Assembly (NCBI GenBank): GCA_976226885.1
Contig: OZ320319.1
Span: 26,350,001 to 26,414,000, forward strand
DNA length: 64,000 nt
Direction: 5' to 3'
Source of the DNA: Iphione sp. A-MEVVRFRX5
Lineage: Eukaryota
Below the pieces are notes generated by a model, which was not told where the DNA came from, ran no database searches, and saw nothing but the letters and a program-made list of their open reading frames with translations. Shown here one piece after another: positions 1 to 9,577 of the stretch. Within the stretch, counting starts at the first letter, position 1, and each line of letters opens with the position of its first letter. The position numbers and the translations under genes were made by a program.

Positions 1-669
1 TACTTCATTGGTAATACATGTACCTGTATGAGTGAAACAACATTCCCCTTTTCCCTTCAGTGCTCATGACATATTCTAAGAAAAGAATTACCTCCTGTGA
101 ATAGGACAGGCCTAAGTATATTTGTTCCGCCTTCCTCAACAAAGCTCGCTCGAAATAACGGCAACAATCATATTGTCTGGCTGCCAACGGGAGGGAGGAG
201 ACATGCATCCTTGTTCGTTTGGCCGAGTCTAATTTGCTACAGCCACCGACCATAAATAATCCTCTAGCGGTAAATGGCCACTCTCCAGCTCGCCAGACTT
301 GCACACCGCTCTTTTATGGCAAGCTGCTCAACAGAGGTGAGCGCAGCAGAACGACGCCAACGGGTAGTATGGAGTTGCTCGGGGAGAGTTGGAACACGTA
401 GGAGTAGACACAGTATAGTGTAGGCGGTAAGTTGGGCGATTTGGTGGGTGAGTGTGGGGGAACGGATGTCTTCCATAGGCGGATATAGGCAAGTCTACTG
501 GTGGCGCAGGAGGTGGATTAGGACTTTGGATTTGTGGGCTGCAGGAGCTAGGAGGGTGAGATGGGTGGGGATGTCATGCAATGCTGTCTTTGTGTATGGA
601 ACAGGAAGCTAGGAGGTGGCGAACACCGATTCAGATGAGGATTAAGAGATATAGAAAATCTGAGAGACA

Positions 670-975
670 GGTAGACGGTTTGGCAGAGTTACGGATGGGC
701 AGAGTTCCAGACCGTCACACATAAACAGAGAGACGTACAGAAAAGCAGACATGCAAATTGACAGGCACACACATGGAACTACAGATAGCCTGATGCAAAT
801 AGATATATGTGGGGGGGGAGACATTAGGGTGTACATACACACAGACAGACAAATAGACAGATACATACCATCAGACAAAAAGGTATAGCTGCGGTCATGC
901 AGATATACATGGACAGATACAAAGCTTTGCACACACGGACATTCATATATACATATATAGAGAGAGAGGGAGAAA
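670..975. repeat. Degenerate (ACAG)n/(AT)n/(AG)n low-complexity tract
   Basis: Repeated acagac, atacat and agagag units. These explain the spurious ORFs 642..932 and 824..1078. Confidence 0.6.
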
Positions 976-2029
976 GGGAGAGAGACGAAAATTCGTTTAG
1001 GTGAAGATTCCTAGAAAGAGGCAAACGAACAGAAATTTCTGCAAGTTTCAATGGCGACAATATTCTTTCATTAAGCATATATGATAGATGTTATCAGAAT
1101 ACCGACAGGTTTAGAGTTCTTTGCATGATTATTTGCAGAAAAAAAAACGGAAAAAAGCCCTGGGCATGGGTTTTGGTTGAACTGGCAGGGCCGAGTGGAC
1201 GAGGAGCTGGCAAGACTCGGCTATGAGCCTCCAGTCAACAAAAGACCTGTCTCCGCCCGAACCTCGATGGAAATAATTGTCAACATTTGGATGTTCTCAG
1301 CTAACCCCCTTGAGAACTGCTCGGAAGAGCAGTGCGGCACAGTGGATTGCGGTTGGTAGGAGAGTGGGAAGGTGTATAGTATTGGCCAGGCATCTGCCTT
1401 CATGTCATCCCACTTTGAACCTAGACCCACCCGCCCATCGCAATGCCCTTCCTCCTCCTCCCCCAGACAACTACCAACCAGCCCTCTAACAACTGTGTCT
1501 CTAAGGACTCCTCGGGTCTGACTGCCTGGGTCAAGTCCCTTCGCTGGCTCAAACGTGTGCTGCCGCTCATTCAAACTTGAGGCTCCGTGGCTCGGCGTAA
1601 GCTTTCAGAAAAGACTGACCTTAACCCATTCTAAATACTTTGCCCTTGCTACTCGCGCCCCCCTCCTCTGCCTATACCATCCTTTGCCTTTCCCATTCTC
1701 CCTCCCACCTCCAACATCCTTTTTTTCGACGCCTATTCCTCAATTCCCTAAAAGCAAAGAACGCTTCGCCTAGATCACCCTAGCAGCTTAGAGGTCGGCA
1801 TGGCGACAGGAAAGAGGTTTAGGCAGTCGGTTTTTAGGTGTTGGACAAGCGTTTCGTGAAAGAAGGGGGGGGGGGTCGATCTCTAGCAAAATGTAACATG
1901 GACGAGCAGCAGGTGAATCGAACTAGCACACCTGGAAATCATCTGGGGTGCTCTGCTGATCTGGATATATCACTCTACGAACTCGCTGGATTAGTGAGTG
2001 TTTGTCAGCAAAAAAAAGACAGTACAATC

Positions 2030-2300
2030 TCGAGGTCATTTTTCCCCGTGAGACATCCTTCAGATGTAATGGTACGGAGTTAACTCATGAAACTCCTGAC
2101 ACTGTATGAACATTTTGAACATTTTGAACTGTATGAACGTTTTCTTCACATTTACTATTTTCCTCTTTCTATTGACATCATCAACTAGTGTATTGCTAAT
2201 TTATTTACTGTCATTCTTTCTACCATCACTGAAAGACCTCCTGTTATTCATATGTATAACGTGAGATGAGAATGAATAAACCAATACCAATACCAATACC
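2030..2300 (+). mobile_element. Probable 3' end of a LINE (3' UTR with AATAAA-(CCAATA)n tail)
   Basis: AATAAA at 2275-2280 is immediately followed by (CCAATA)3CC. A weak RSFFP motif lies upstream at ~2032-2046. Confidence 0.4.
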
Positions 2301-4240
2301 AAAAAGAATCACATTTTACGCACGAATTAGATGGTTGTCAATCTCTTAATAATAAAACTGCCGGTAGCTTACCTGATGGAAGAGTGATATATCATCCAAA
2401 GTATACTCACCTGTTCAATAAAAGAGAACTAGGTTAAGCATGTATTAAAGCAACAGACGCAGACAAGAATCAGTATGAAGTCTGATAAATCATAAATGTG
2501 CTGCCACGCTTAATCAAAGGATATTTCTCACAGTGATCAAAGTTCTCACAGCTGCAAGAGCTAAAAGTAGAAGGATACATTATTAATCTGCTCTTTGATA
2601 TTTCTGCAATTAAAATAAGATTTGATTTTGTACTGTGTGGTATTCTCTGTGAATTCCTACTGGTACAGTCTTGTGTATTAATCTATTCTAAAATGAAATT
2701 ACGTATGTATTATCAGGTGCTTTTGTTCTAATTTATTCGCCGGTCTCTCCGGCATATGTCTTTTTTATGTATTGCGTTTATAATTTATTCAATGAATACT
2801 GAGTTACCTATTACTCATTTAATTTATTTGATGATCTCTTAGACATGTATGTCTTTAAGCAATAAATGTTTAAATTGTTCAATGAGCTCTGAGTCCTTTA
2901 TTAATATTTTCATTTCTTCTTAAATCTCTTATTGCTAATTGCATGTAGGTTCTTTTTATATTTACTGGAAGTGCATCAGTGTATGCATATAAGAGAAGTG
3001 AATAAATTCTTTGCTATTTCCAATTACATTTTGTTTCAGCAATTAGCAACAAGTGAATTCCACATAGCTTTGTCCCAAAATGCAACATTGCTTAAGAATG
3101 CACAGAATCTCAGAAGAAAATACATGTAACTCCGTTGCTAATGACGCGATTCGCTCAGGTTTCGTCTAAGTAAAGTTAAGATAGTAAATCAATTCTTCCA
3201 TTATTCTAGGCAGCTGCCTTACAATCTCGCAGGTGGCCAATATCCCTTCCCATTAAAAATGAAAAGATATGATGTCTGCATGTTATTTCTCAGTCTATAG
3301 AAAAGGGCCGGTGCTCAACAAAACGGCTGTTGTCATGTCGAAATCTGGACAATTTAATTCAATACATTAACGTTTCATGACACTCACATTTCATATTTAT
3401 GATTTTTACATCCGATCATCTTTTTCTCCGCAAGGCAGAGCCAGATTTTTACCTATGAGGAAATGTACACTGGGTATCACAATATATATAAAAGAACATA
3501 TTGTGCATTTGCGTGTCGTTTATAAAAAAACCCGGAGCGCTGGTTTTGAAAAAAAAGGGCTAGTATTTCACAAAGGATGCTTTGTTATCACTTTCTTTAA
3601 GGTATGCAGTGTCACTATTTCCATTAAAAAAGACAGCCATAGGGAGACCAGAGAGACATGGCGTGATAGAAACTTTAACGTAGTATAGATGCAGTTATTT
3701 TACTTATAGTTTATTATATATGTATGTTACATACATAAATACATACATACATACGTTTGCAATTCAGTGGATGTGTCGTATTGAACACTGATGAAAGATA
3801 CCAATATTGCCGTCATTTTAGGATATCGCAAAGTAGTTCATTCCTGTAACTGGCATAACCAATGCGAAAACCACTACGAAATTTACGTTTGCAATTTCCC
3901 ATCAAAATGATTTCTATTTAAAAGGACTAAACATCAGGTATTATTTGCCTTTCCTTCATAGCCATCGATTAACAATTCATGACAATTTGAAACGCTCTTA
4001 AGAGGTTGCAAGACTTCTCATTTGGGAAATGGTTGGATTTTTTAAGGGAGAAAAAAGCCCTTGAGAACACGTTATGGCGGACAAGTTCTTCGTCATTTCG
4101 CATGAGTTCCTTGGGAAATAACGCCAGTCGCAGATATAAACACAACGGATGGAGTTAATTTGAGTCCTCATGAGACACAACTGCTTTTCGGTATATTCTG
4201 AGGTGAACAGGTAGCTTGAACATCGTTTTCCGATCTTCCC

Positions 4241-4558
4241 GAATACAAATACCTTGGACTAATAATTGATTGTGAGCTGACAATGAAAAACCATGTAACA
4301 TACCTAGTCAAAAAGCTATCGACTCAATCCTATGTTATATCCAAAGTACTACACTCCATAACAGAGGCAGCAACCCTGACAATTTTTAAGGCATTTATGA
4401 TACCACTCATAGACTATTGTAGTGCCTTCATCAGCTGCATACCAATATCATTTATGTCCAGACTACAGTCAATACAGGATCATCTATTGCATATTATTCA
4501 TGAGGAATTCAAAAATAACTCTCATAAATCGACAGATGAATTACATTCTTTCTATCAT
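4241..4558 (+). pseudogene. Decayed non-LTR retrotransposon (CR1/L2-group LINE) ORF2 C-terminal fragment, 5' part, interrupted by the Ngaro element
   Basis: Translates as EYKYLGLIIDCELTMKNHVTYLVKKLS...IFKAFMIPLIDYCS...RLQSIQ, matching the YLG...H...K...Y...P.L.Y...LQ..Q pattern downstream of LINE RT cores. Confidence 0.75.
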
Positions 4559-4674
4559 TGCTCATATACGTGCTAAGTAAATAATTGACTCAACCGCAGG
4601 ATGGAGTAAACACTTTTAATCTCACCCCGAACATGCAAGAATTGAGTATAAATGAAATACATGCAAAGAGAGCC
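4559..4674 (-). repeat. Split direct repeat B2 (116 bp), 3' terminus of the element
   Basis: Identical by eye to 4874-4989. Carries ATTAAA on the element strand (forward TTTAAT 4615-4620), a candidate poly(A) signal. Confidence 0.95.
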
Positions 4675-4740
4675 CAATACAATAAAAACGGGGGAAATAT
4701 AATTTGAATAAATCTGAAAATAGGTTGAGGGTGGGAGGGA

Positions 4741-4873
4741 AAACCAACACGAGTGAGAGAGAGGGCGAAACATGCGAAAGCATGGTATTTATAGTCCCTC
4801 AAGAGGGAGGGGGGGGTAACTAGGTGAGGCGCCCTCTCTCGCAATGACTCACCACCCCAGGTGCCGCCACCAT
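4741..4873 (-). repeat. Split direct repeat A2 (133 bp)
   Basis: Identical by eye to 8967-9099 and directly abuts B1. Confidence 0.95.
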
Positions 4874-4989
4874 TGCTCATATACGTGCTAAGTAAATAAT
4901 TGACTCAACCGCAGGATGGAGTAAACACTTTTAATCTCACCCCGAACATGCAAGAATTGAGTATAAATGAAATACATGCAAAGAGAGCC
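4874..4989 (-). repeat. Split direct repeat B1 (116 bp)
   Basis: Identical by eye to 4559-4674 (offset 315). Begins 16 nt after the recombinase stop codon. Confidence 0.95.
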
Positions 4990-5005
4990 AAGGTAAGGGG
5001 TGAGA

Positions 5006-6007
5006 TTACGCATCCTGCAGCGATTTGACAAGAATGTTAGCTACAGTTTGAGCTTGATTGACATGTATGTAGTCGCGGAAGGCATTCGAGGCCCAATTGC
5101 CGAAAGCCTGAATTTGTGGCGTATCGCAACCTTTCATAAAAGCAAGAGTGGCGCCAGAGCGCCTGAGACTATGCAGCGAGTAGGCATCTGGTGATAGACC
5201 GAGATATTGTATAATGTCTCTGAACTGGGCGTTTAACCACTGCGCGGTGACTGGAGATCCATCGCGTTGGTTGACCAGAAGCGGTTGCCCAGGGCGAGAG
5301 GTCGGAGTCGCCTCCAGCAGACGTCGGAAGGCGCGCACAACACACAGCATTGGATCGGGGGCTCCAGGAACTCGCAGGTGGCGCCCTTGATCGTAGGCTT
5401 GAAGGGTCTTGGACCATTTTTGTCGTACGATCAGCACCCCATGGTGGATGTGGACGTCCTCCCTCGTAGTGTGCCGCGAGGGGTCGAACTCTCGGACCGT
5501 ACGGGGGGCAACCTCTGATTGTCGGTAGCCTGTGTAAAATAAGAAGAGAAAAGAGAATTGAAGGACCACTCCAGCCGGCCTGGCGAGGGTCATCTCGATC
5601 ACACGGCGAAAGGTCGCAGGGTCCAGCGGAAGGCGTCGTTGTACCACGTGGAGCTTGGACCTGCGCAGGGCGTCAAGGGCCAGCCGTGCCGGCCTTCCCT
5701 GGAACGCAGACTCATCGATGCCCTTATCGCGGAGGAATTCCCTCACGGCCGATATCGCATTGCCCACGGAGCCTGGCGAAGACATGTAGCTGGCTAGGTA
5801 GCGGACATACATGGCAGCCTGCATCTCCGAGGGGCGAAAGGGATCGACGCCGAATCTGCAGCAAAAGGCGAGGTAGGCGACGGCAGCAGCTCGCCGATTG
5901 GCCCGCGTGCCAGGCGCCCGTGCAGTATGGACCAGCTGGACGGCATCCGCCATGAGTCGGCGCTCCACTGGATCTAGATGAAGAAAAACAACTAAATATC
6001 GGGCCAC
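5006..6007 (-). CDS. ORF3 tyrosine recombinase (lambda-integrase family) of the Ngaro element; first ATG at 5953
   Basis: Catalytic set: R in FYTGYRQSEV, K in QKWSKT, H-x-x-R in YSLHSLRRSGAT, W in FGNWAS and Y in FRDYI. An N-terminal helical region is present (TRANRRAAAVAYLAFC). The ORF-track start is GTG. Confidence 0.95.
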   Translation of the reverse strand: MARYLVVFLHLDPVERRLMADAVQLVHTARAPGTRANRRAAAVAYLAFCCRFGVDPFRPSEMQAAMYVRYLASYMSSPGSVGNAISAVREFLRDKGIDESAFQGRPARLALDALRRSKLHVVQRRLPLDPATFRRVIEMTLARPAGVVLQFSFLFLFYTGYRQSEVAPRTVREFDPSRHTTREDVHIHHGVLIVRQKWSKTLQAYDQGRHLRVPGAPDPMLCVVRAFRRLLEATPTSRPGQPLLVNQRDGSPVTAQWLNAQFRDIIQYLGLSPDAYSLHSLRRSGATLAFMKGCDTPQIQAFGNWASNAFRDYIHVNQAQTVANILVKSLQDA

Positions 6008-7833
6008 AGCTCACTGAGATCAGGCACGACCCGGTGGAGGGAGTCGGCAGCGATAAAATCCCTGGCCACAAAGCGATAGCGTGGGTGGGTGTACCAACGG
6101 GAGAGCGCGTCGGCCAGGACCATGTCGCGCCCTGGGACATGTTCGTACATCAAATGGATCCCCATGCGCGCTTGATGAAGCCACAGGGACCGAGCGCACG
6201 CCAGCAACACAGGATCCCGCCCCCGCCCGTTCTGATACACCTGTACCGCCGCCATATTGTCACAGTGGACGAGCACACACTCGCCTGGCTCCACATCCGT
6301 GGCAAAAGTGCGGACAGCTATCATGACATTCGCCGCCTCCAGCTGTGTGATGTGCAGCTGTGAGAGCTCCTCTGGAACCGGAAGGGCGTAGAACCGGCGC
6401 CCGTCGGTGGCGCCGATGCCATCCAGGCATGCATCGGCTAACACCGTGCGGGCCACCTTGCGCTGACCTAGGATGGCGACCCCGTTCCATTCTGCTAAGA
6501 AATCAAGCAGCCATCTTAAGTCTTTCTTCTGTTCTGTTCCCAGTCGCACATACCTGCCTTTAAGACCACGGAGAACATCTAGTAGGCGATTAACAAAGAG
6601 ACGCGCGGGCCAAACACACCTACCGACGTGGAGCACCCGGCCAATGATGCTCTGGAGCTCCTGCTTCGTGATCGACCTACGCTGGGATACCCTCTCGATC
6701 TCTCGGATGGTTTCGGCGAGCTTAGGCGCGGGGATCGATACCGTCATGTCCACCGTGTCGACCCGAATGCCCAACCACTCCACGCTCTGGGCCGGCGGCT
6801 GGGTTTTTTCCATGGCCTCCGGTAGCCCGAGCTGCGCCAGGAGATTCCTCGTCCACCTGAAAGCTCTGTCCGCCTCTCGCACGCCCTTGGCTGCAACAAC
6901 AAGGTCATCAAGGTACATATGTCCTATTATCCCCTCTCTTCCCAGTATACGGATGATAGCGTCAGCCAGCCTCTGCATATGGTTAGAGGAACATCTACTG
7001 CCGAAAGGAATGCTAGTATCGACATAGTAGGAGCCGTCCCATGCGAATACCAAGAGGGGCCAGTCTAGCGGGCAGGATGGGAAATTTTTATAGGCCCTAG
7101 CGATGTCAATGGTGAAGAGAAAGACATCGCTATCCAACCGGCGAATTTGGGCCAGAAGAGCATCGACGGTGGGTAGTGAGTGATCCCTGTTGACCCCCAG
7201 CACCATGTTCTTTGCGACAAAGGCGTTTACAGAGGCCTGGGGGGGGTACGACATATCGGTAATGATGCGGCGGGCATTCGACTCCCTTTTAGGACGCGAC
7301 ATCAGGGGAGAACAATGGGTCCATGGCGTGAAGGGTCTTTGTGGAAAAGGGCCCTTCAATGCACCCATCTGCAGCTCTTTATTGATGTATGCATACACAT
7401 GATCAGGGTAGCGAGTAGCGGACGGATGATTAGGTAGATCCGCGGTATCAGACGCGGGCCCCAAGTACCCGATAGGGAAGCCAAACCTGACCAGGTCCAG
7501 TAACTGGGGGTCCGCCGAATCGACTTGCAGGTAATGACGCCATGCTTCGAGCTGTAGGCCTGATTGGAGGGCCACCTTAGCGCCTATTACATTGGGGTAG
7601 CCATTACTACGGACCAAATCATATATGAGGATCATGTCTACCGGCAGCACGTTATTATCGGCAGTCGGCCAGTGGGACCTCCTGTGTGCAGCAAGAGAGT
7701 GTACATCACAAACCCCGGTGAAGTCAGGTTGCTCCTGTGAGCATTGAAGCCTTACCTCATCAAAGTCAATGATGTCCGTTGTGTGCGGTGTCTTGCTCCA
7801 TGCTCGAGTGGCCACCTCGGGCATGGACGTCAC
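5992..7833 (-). CDS. ORF2 reverse transcriptase + RNase H (pol) of the Ngaro element
   Basis: RT motifs LFTIDIARAYKNF, SIPFGSRCS, HMYLDDLVV and EWLGIRVD. RNase H motifs LADACLDGIG, ITQLEAAN, VHCDNMAAV and LADALSR. The ORF-track start is GTG and the frame is open from 7947, overlapping gag in the -1 frame. Confidence 0.95.
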   Translation of the reverse strand: MTSMPEVATRAWSKTPHTTDIIDFDEVRLQCSQEQPDFTGVCDVHSLAAHRRSHWPTADNNVLPVDMILIYDLVRSNGYPNVIGAKVALQSGLQLEAWRHYLQVDSADPQLLDLVRFGFPIGYLGPASDTADLPNHPSATRYPDHVYAYINKELQMGALKGPFPQRPFTPWTHCSPLMSRPKRESNARRIITDMSYPPQASVNAFVAKNMVLGVNRDHSLPTVDALLAQIRRLDSDVFLFTIDIARAYKNFPSCPLDWPLLVFAWDGSYYVDTSIPFGSRCSSNHMQRLADAIIRILGREGIIGHMYLDDLVVAAKGVREADRAFRWTRNLLAQLGLPEAMEKTQPPAQSVEWLGIRVDTVDMTVSIPAPKLAETIREIERVSQRRSITKQELQSIIGRVLHVGRCVWPARLFVNRLLDVLRGLKGRYVRLGTEQKKDLRWLLDFLAEWNGVAILGQRKVARTVLADACLDGIGATDGRRFYALPVPEELSQLHITQLEAANVMIAVRTFATDVEPGECVLVHCDNMAAVQVYQNGRGRDPVLLACARSLWLHQARMGIHLMYEHVPGRDMVLADALSRWYTHPRYRFVARDFIAADSLHRVVPDLSELWPDI

Positions 7834-7842
7834 TCGTTTTTT
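7797..7842 (-). promoter_or_regulatory. Putative -1 programmed ribosomal frameshift signal (A_AAA_AAC + 8-nt spacer + stem-loop)
   Basis: Gag frame reads tcA AAA AAC gag tga. The heptamer is at 7842-7836. A -1 slip enters the pol frame. Hairpin UCCAUGC-C-CGAG/CUCG-A-GCAUGGA at 7827-7797. Confidence 0.7.
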
Positions 7843-8951
7843 GAAGCAGCTTGCACAGTAGCTCGTGTGTTGGCGTCCCGCTGGGCAGCCGGAGGCTTCT
7901 GAAGCGTTGAAGGAAGCTGTTGCGTCTGCTTCTGGATTTGGTTGTACCTAGAACGCTTGGTGCATAGAGAATTAGCATGTGGGTGGCGGGCGCCATTGAT
8001 AGCATGACAGAAAGCGCACACGTGGATGAGGCGAATGCTACCTTCTTTGTGGAATTCTTGCTTGACCGGACAGTTGCCGGCACTGAATTTACTGCAGACT
8101 ACCTCCACCTGGGCGTCCATGTGATCAATCGGAGCCATGCTTACCAGTAACCGTTCATATGCAATTGCCTGATGGTCCCTCCATGACAGCTCATTTCGTT
8201 CGAGTTTATCGAATATATTATTAGACCATTTAAGGACGTTTTTCCATGGGCGACGCTGAGCGTCCTGGCAAACCTGGTGCAAATGCTCAAACAAGTAATG
8301 TCTATCATGGGGGGAGACAGAGTACTCATCCTTTAGCATAGCTAGGAAGGCTGTAACATACTCATGGAAGGTAATGTTCTCCCTGCACTCGCTACGCTGC
8401 CTTGCTGTGGCACACCCTTCTCTGTCTATGTACATAAAGGGTCTAGGGACAATAGACCTAATGCGAAAGTCGACATTACCTCGTGGTAGCTGGTTGGAGG
8501 TCCATGGCGCCGGAGTTTCCATATAGTTGTCAATGAACTGTTGGACGGCGTGGCCCTGCCTTAGCTGACTTGGGTGCGGAAAATGCCCTTGCTGAATCTG
8601 TGGCCTCCCCATATTGTCCGTCTGTGAGAGAGGTGGTGTACGTGGCTGGCTCCAGTCTACCCGTCCTGCGCTGAAAAGCACGTTCGGTGCGGGGTCCGGG
8701 GTAGTCGTGACCGGTGGTGTTTCTGGCCGCGCTGCATTCGCCTGCAAAACATTTGAAATATCAGCAATTTGAGTTTTGAGTCCAGACAACTCACTCACGA
8801 CCCTTTCCAGCCTGTCGAGCCTGTCAACCATCCTCGGCTTCTTGCTATTTGTAGTTGTATTCTCGACAGTTTCAATGTCACTCGCATGCGTAGTGCCCTC
8901 CTCGTTCGTATCGTCGTTGCCGCTACCGGCGGGGTTTTTCTTCGGGCCCAT
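7830..8951 (-). CDS. ORF1 gag-like protein of the Ngaro element (373 aa from MGPKK) with a C-terminal Cys/His zinc-binding region
   Basis: ORF track 7830..8999. The ATG at 8999 lies inside the A1 repeat only 20 nt from the TATA box, so the ATG at 8951 is the more likely start. Contains a short coiled-coil-like stretch (DRLDRLERVVSEL), the HLHQVCQDAQRRPWKNVLKWS helical block, and CSKFSAGNC...H...HVCAFC...H...C. Confidence 0.85.
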   Translation of the reverse strand: MGPKKNPAGSGNDDTNEEGTTHASDIETVENTTTNSKKPRMVDRLDRLERVVSELSGLKTQIADISNVLQANAARPETPPVTTTPDPAPNVLFSAGRVDWSQPRTPPLSQTDNMGRPQIQQGHFPHPSQLRQGHAVQQFIDNYMETPAPWTSNQLPRGNVDFRIRSIVPRPFMYIDREGCATARQRSECRENITFHEYVTAFLAMLKDEYSVSPHDRHYLFEHLHQVCQDAQRRPWKNVLKWSNNIFDKLERNELSWRDHQAIAYERLLVSMAPIDHMDAQVEVVCSKFSAGNCPVKQEFHKEGSIRLIHVCAFCHAINGARHPHANSLCTKRSRYNQIQKQTQQLPSTLQKPPAAQRDANTRATVQAASKNE

Positions 8952-8966
8952 TCTGCCGCTCCGAGG

Positions 8967-9099
8967 AAACCAACACGAGTGAGAGAGAGGGCGAAACATG
9001 CGAAAGCATGGTATTTATAGTCCCTCAAGAGGGAGGGGGGGGTAACTAGGTGAGGCGCCCTCTCTCGCAATGACTCACCACCCCAGGTGCCGCCACCAT
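8967..9099 (-). repeat. Split direct repeat A1 (133 bp)
   Basis: Identical by eye to 4741-4873, including the G8 run. Confidence 0.95.
9012..9019 (-). promoter_or_regulatory. TATA box (TATAAATA) in repeat A1, probable element promoter
   Basis: Forward TATTTATA at 9012-9019. Followed on the element strand by a pyrimidine-rich initiator-like stretch and the gag ATG 68 nt downstream. Confidence 0.6.
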
Positions 9100-9577
9100 A
9101 TCATGAAACTAAGAAAAAGCCAAAGAAATCTCAATACTTGACCTGATGTATAGATCTACCAGACATATGACAGTGGATATGATTAGTAAGGACACTAGTA
9201 CATGACTTGATGATGGTCTATCATTTAAGTTACTAATTCCTAAAATACAAAATGTCCTAAAATCAATAGCCTACAAATGACCAAGAGCATGGAATGAGTT
9301 AGATGCTGTGTTAAGAAAATCCCAGTAAGAAGTGATTTTATTTCAATATGTAAGATTGTAGTACATTTAATCACCATACTCCATCACTAACACCTTACAT
9401 CTTAACTCTCTTGTATATATGTAATTGTATTGTATTATGCCATCATTTTATTGATCATCCTCCCCATGCAATAAATATTAGCATGTGTAGTGTAAGTACC
9501 TGTTATCTGTTAACACCGCCATTATTATGGTGACTGAAGGAGAATAAATTGTTTTTGAATTTGAATTTGAATTGAAT
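9100..9577 (+). mobile_element. Continuation of the same decayed LINE: ORF2 C-terminus, 3' UTR and (TTGAAT)n tail
   Basis: LDLMYRS...T*LDDGLSFKLLIPK...SIAYK*PRAWNELDAVLRK resembles the LINE C-terminal MYK...TR...SF.Y.GP..WN.LP motif, with the TGA stops at the expected R and G positions. AATAAA at 9543 is followed by TTGAAT repeats at ~9555-9577. Confidence 0.7.

Larger units (their letters stand above)
4559..9099 (-). mobile_element. Complete tyrosine-recombinase retrotransposon (DIRS order, Ngaro-type) with split direct repeats A1-ORF1-ORF2-ORF3-B1-A2-B2
   Basis: Three consecutive intact minus-strand ORFs (gag-like, RT/RNase H, tyrosine recombinase). A repeat at 8967-9099 and 4741-4873; B repeat at 4874-4989 and 4559-4674. 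GC-rich relative to the flanks. No methyltransferase domain after RNase H, which favours Ngaro over DIRS1/PAT types. Confidence 0.95.

Noticed and set aside
5000-8982. Numerous short plus-strand and alternate-frame ORFs inside the element
   Set aside because: Shadow ORFs of GC-rich coding sequence with no recognisable motifs.
8952-8999. 16-aa N-terminal extension of gag (MFRPLSHSCWFPRSGR) and the mirror ORFs 4573..4773, 4590..4880 and 8795..9070
   Set aside because: These arise from the non-coding A repeat; the ATG at 8999 is probably upstream of or at the transcription start.
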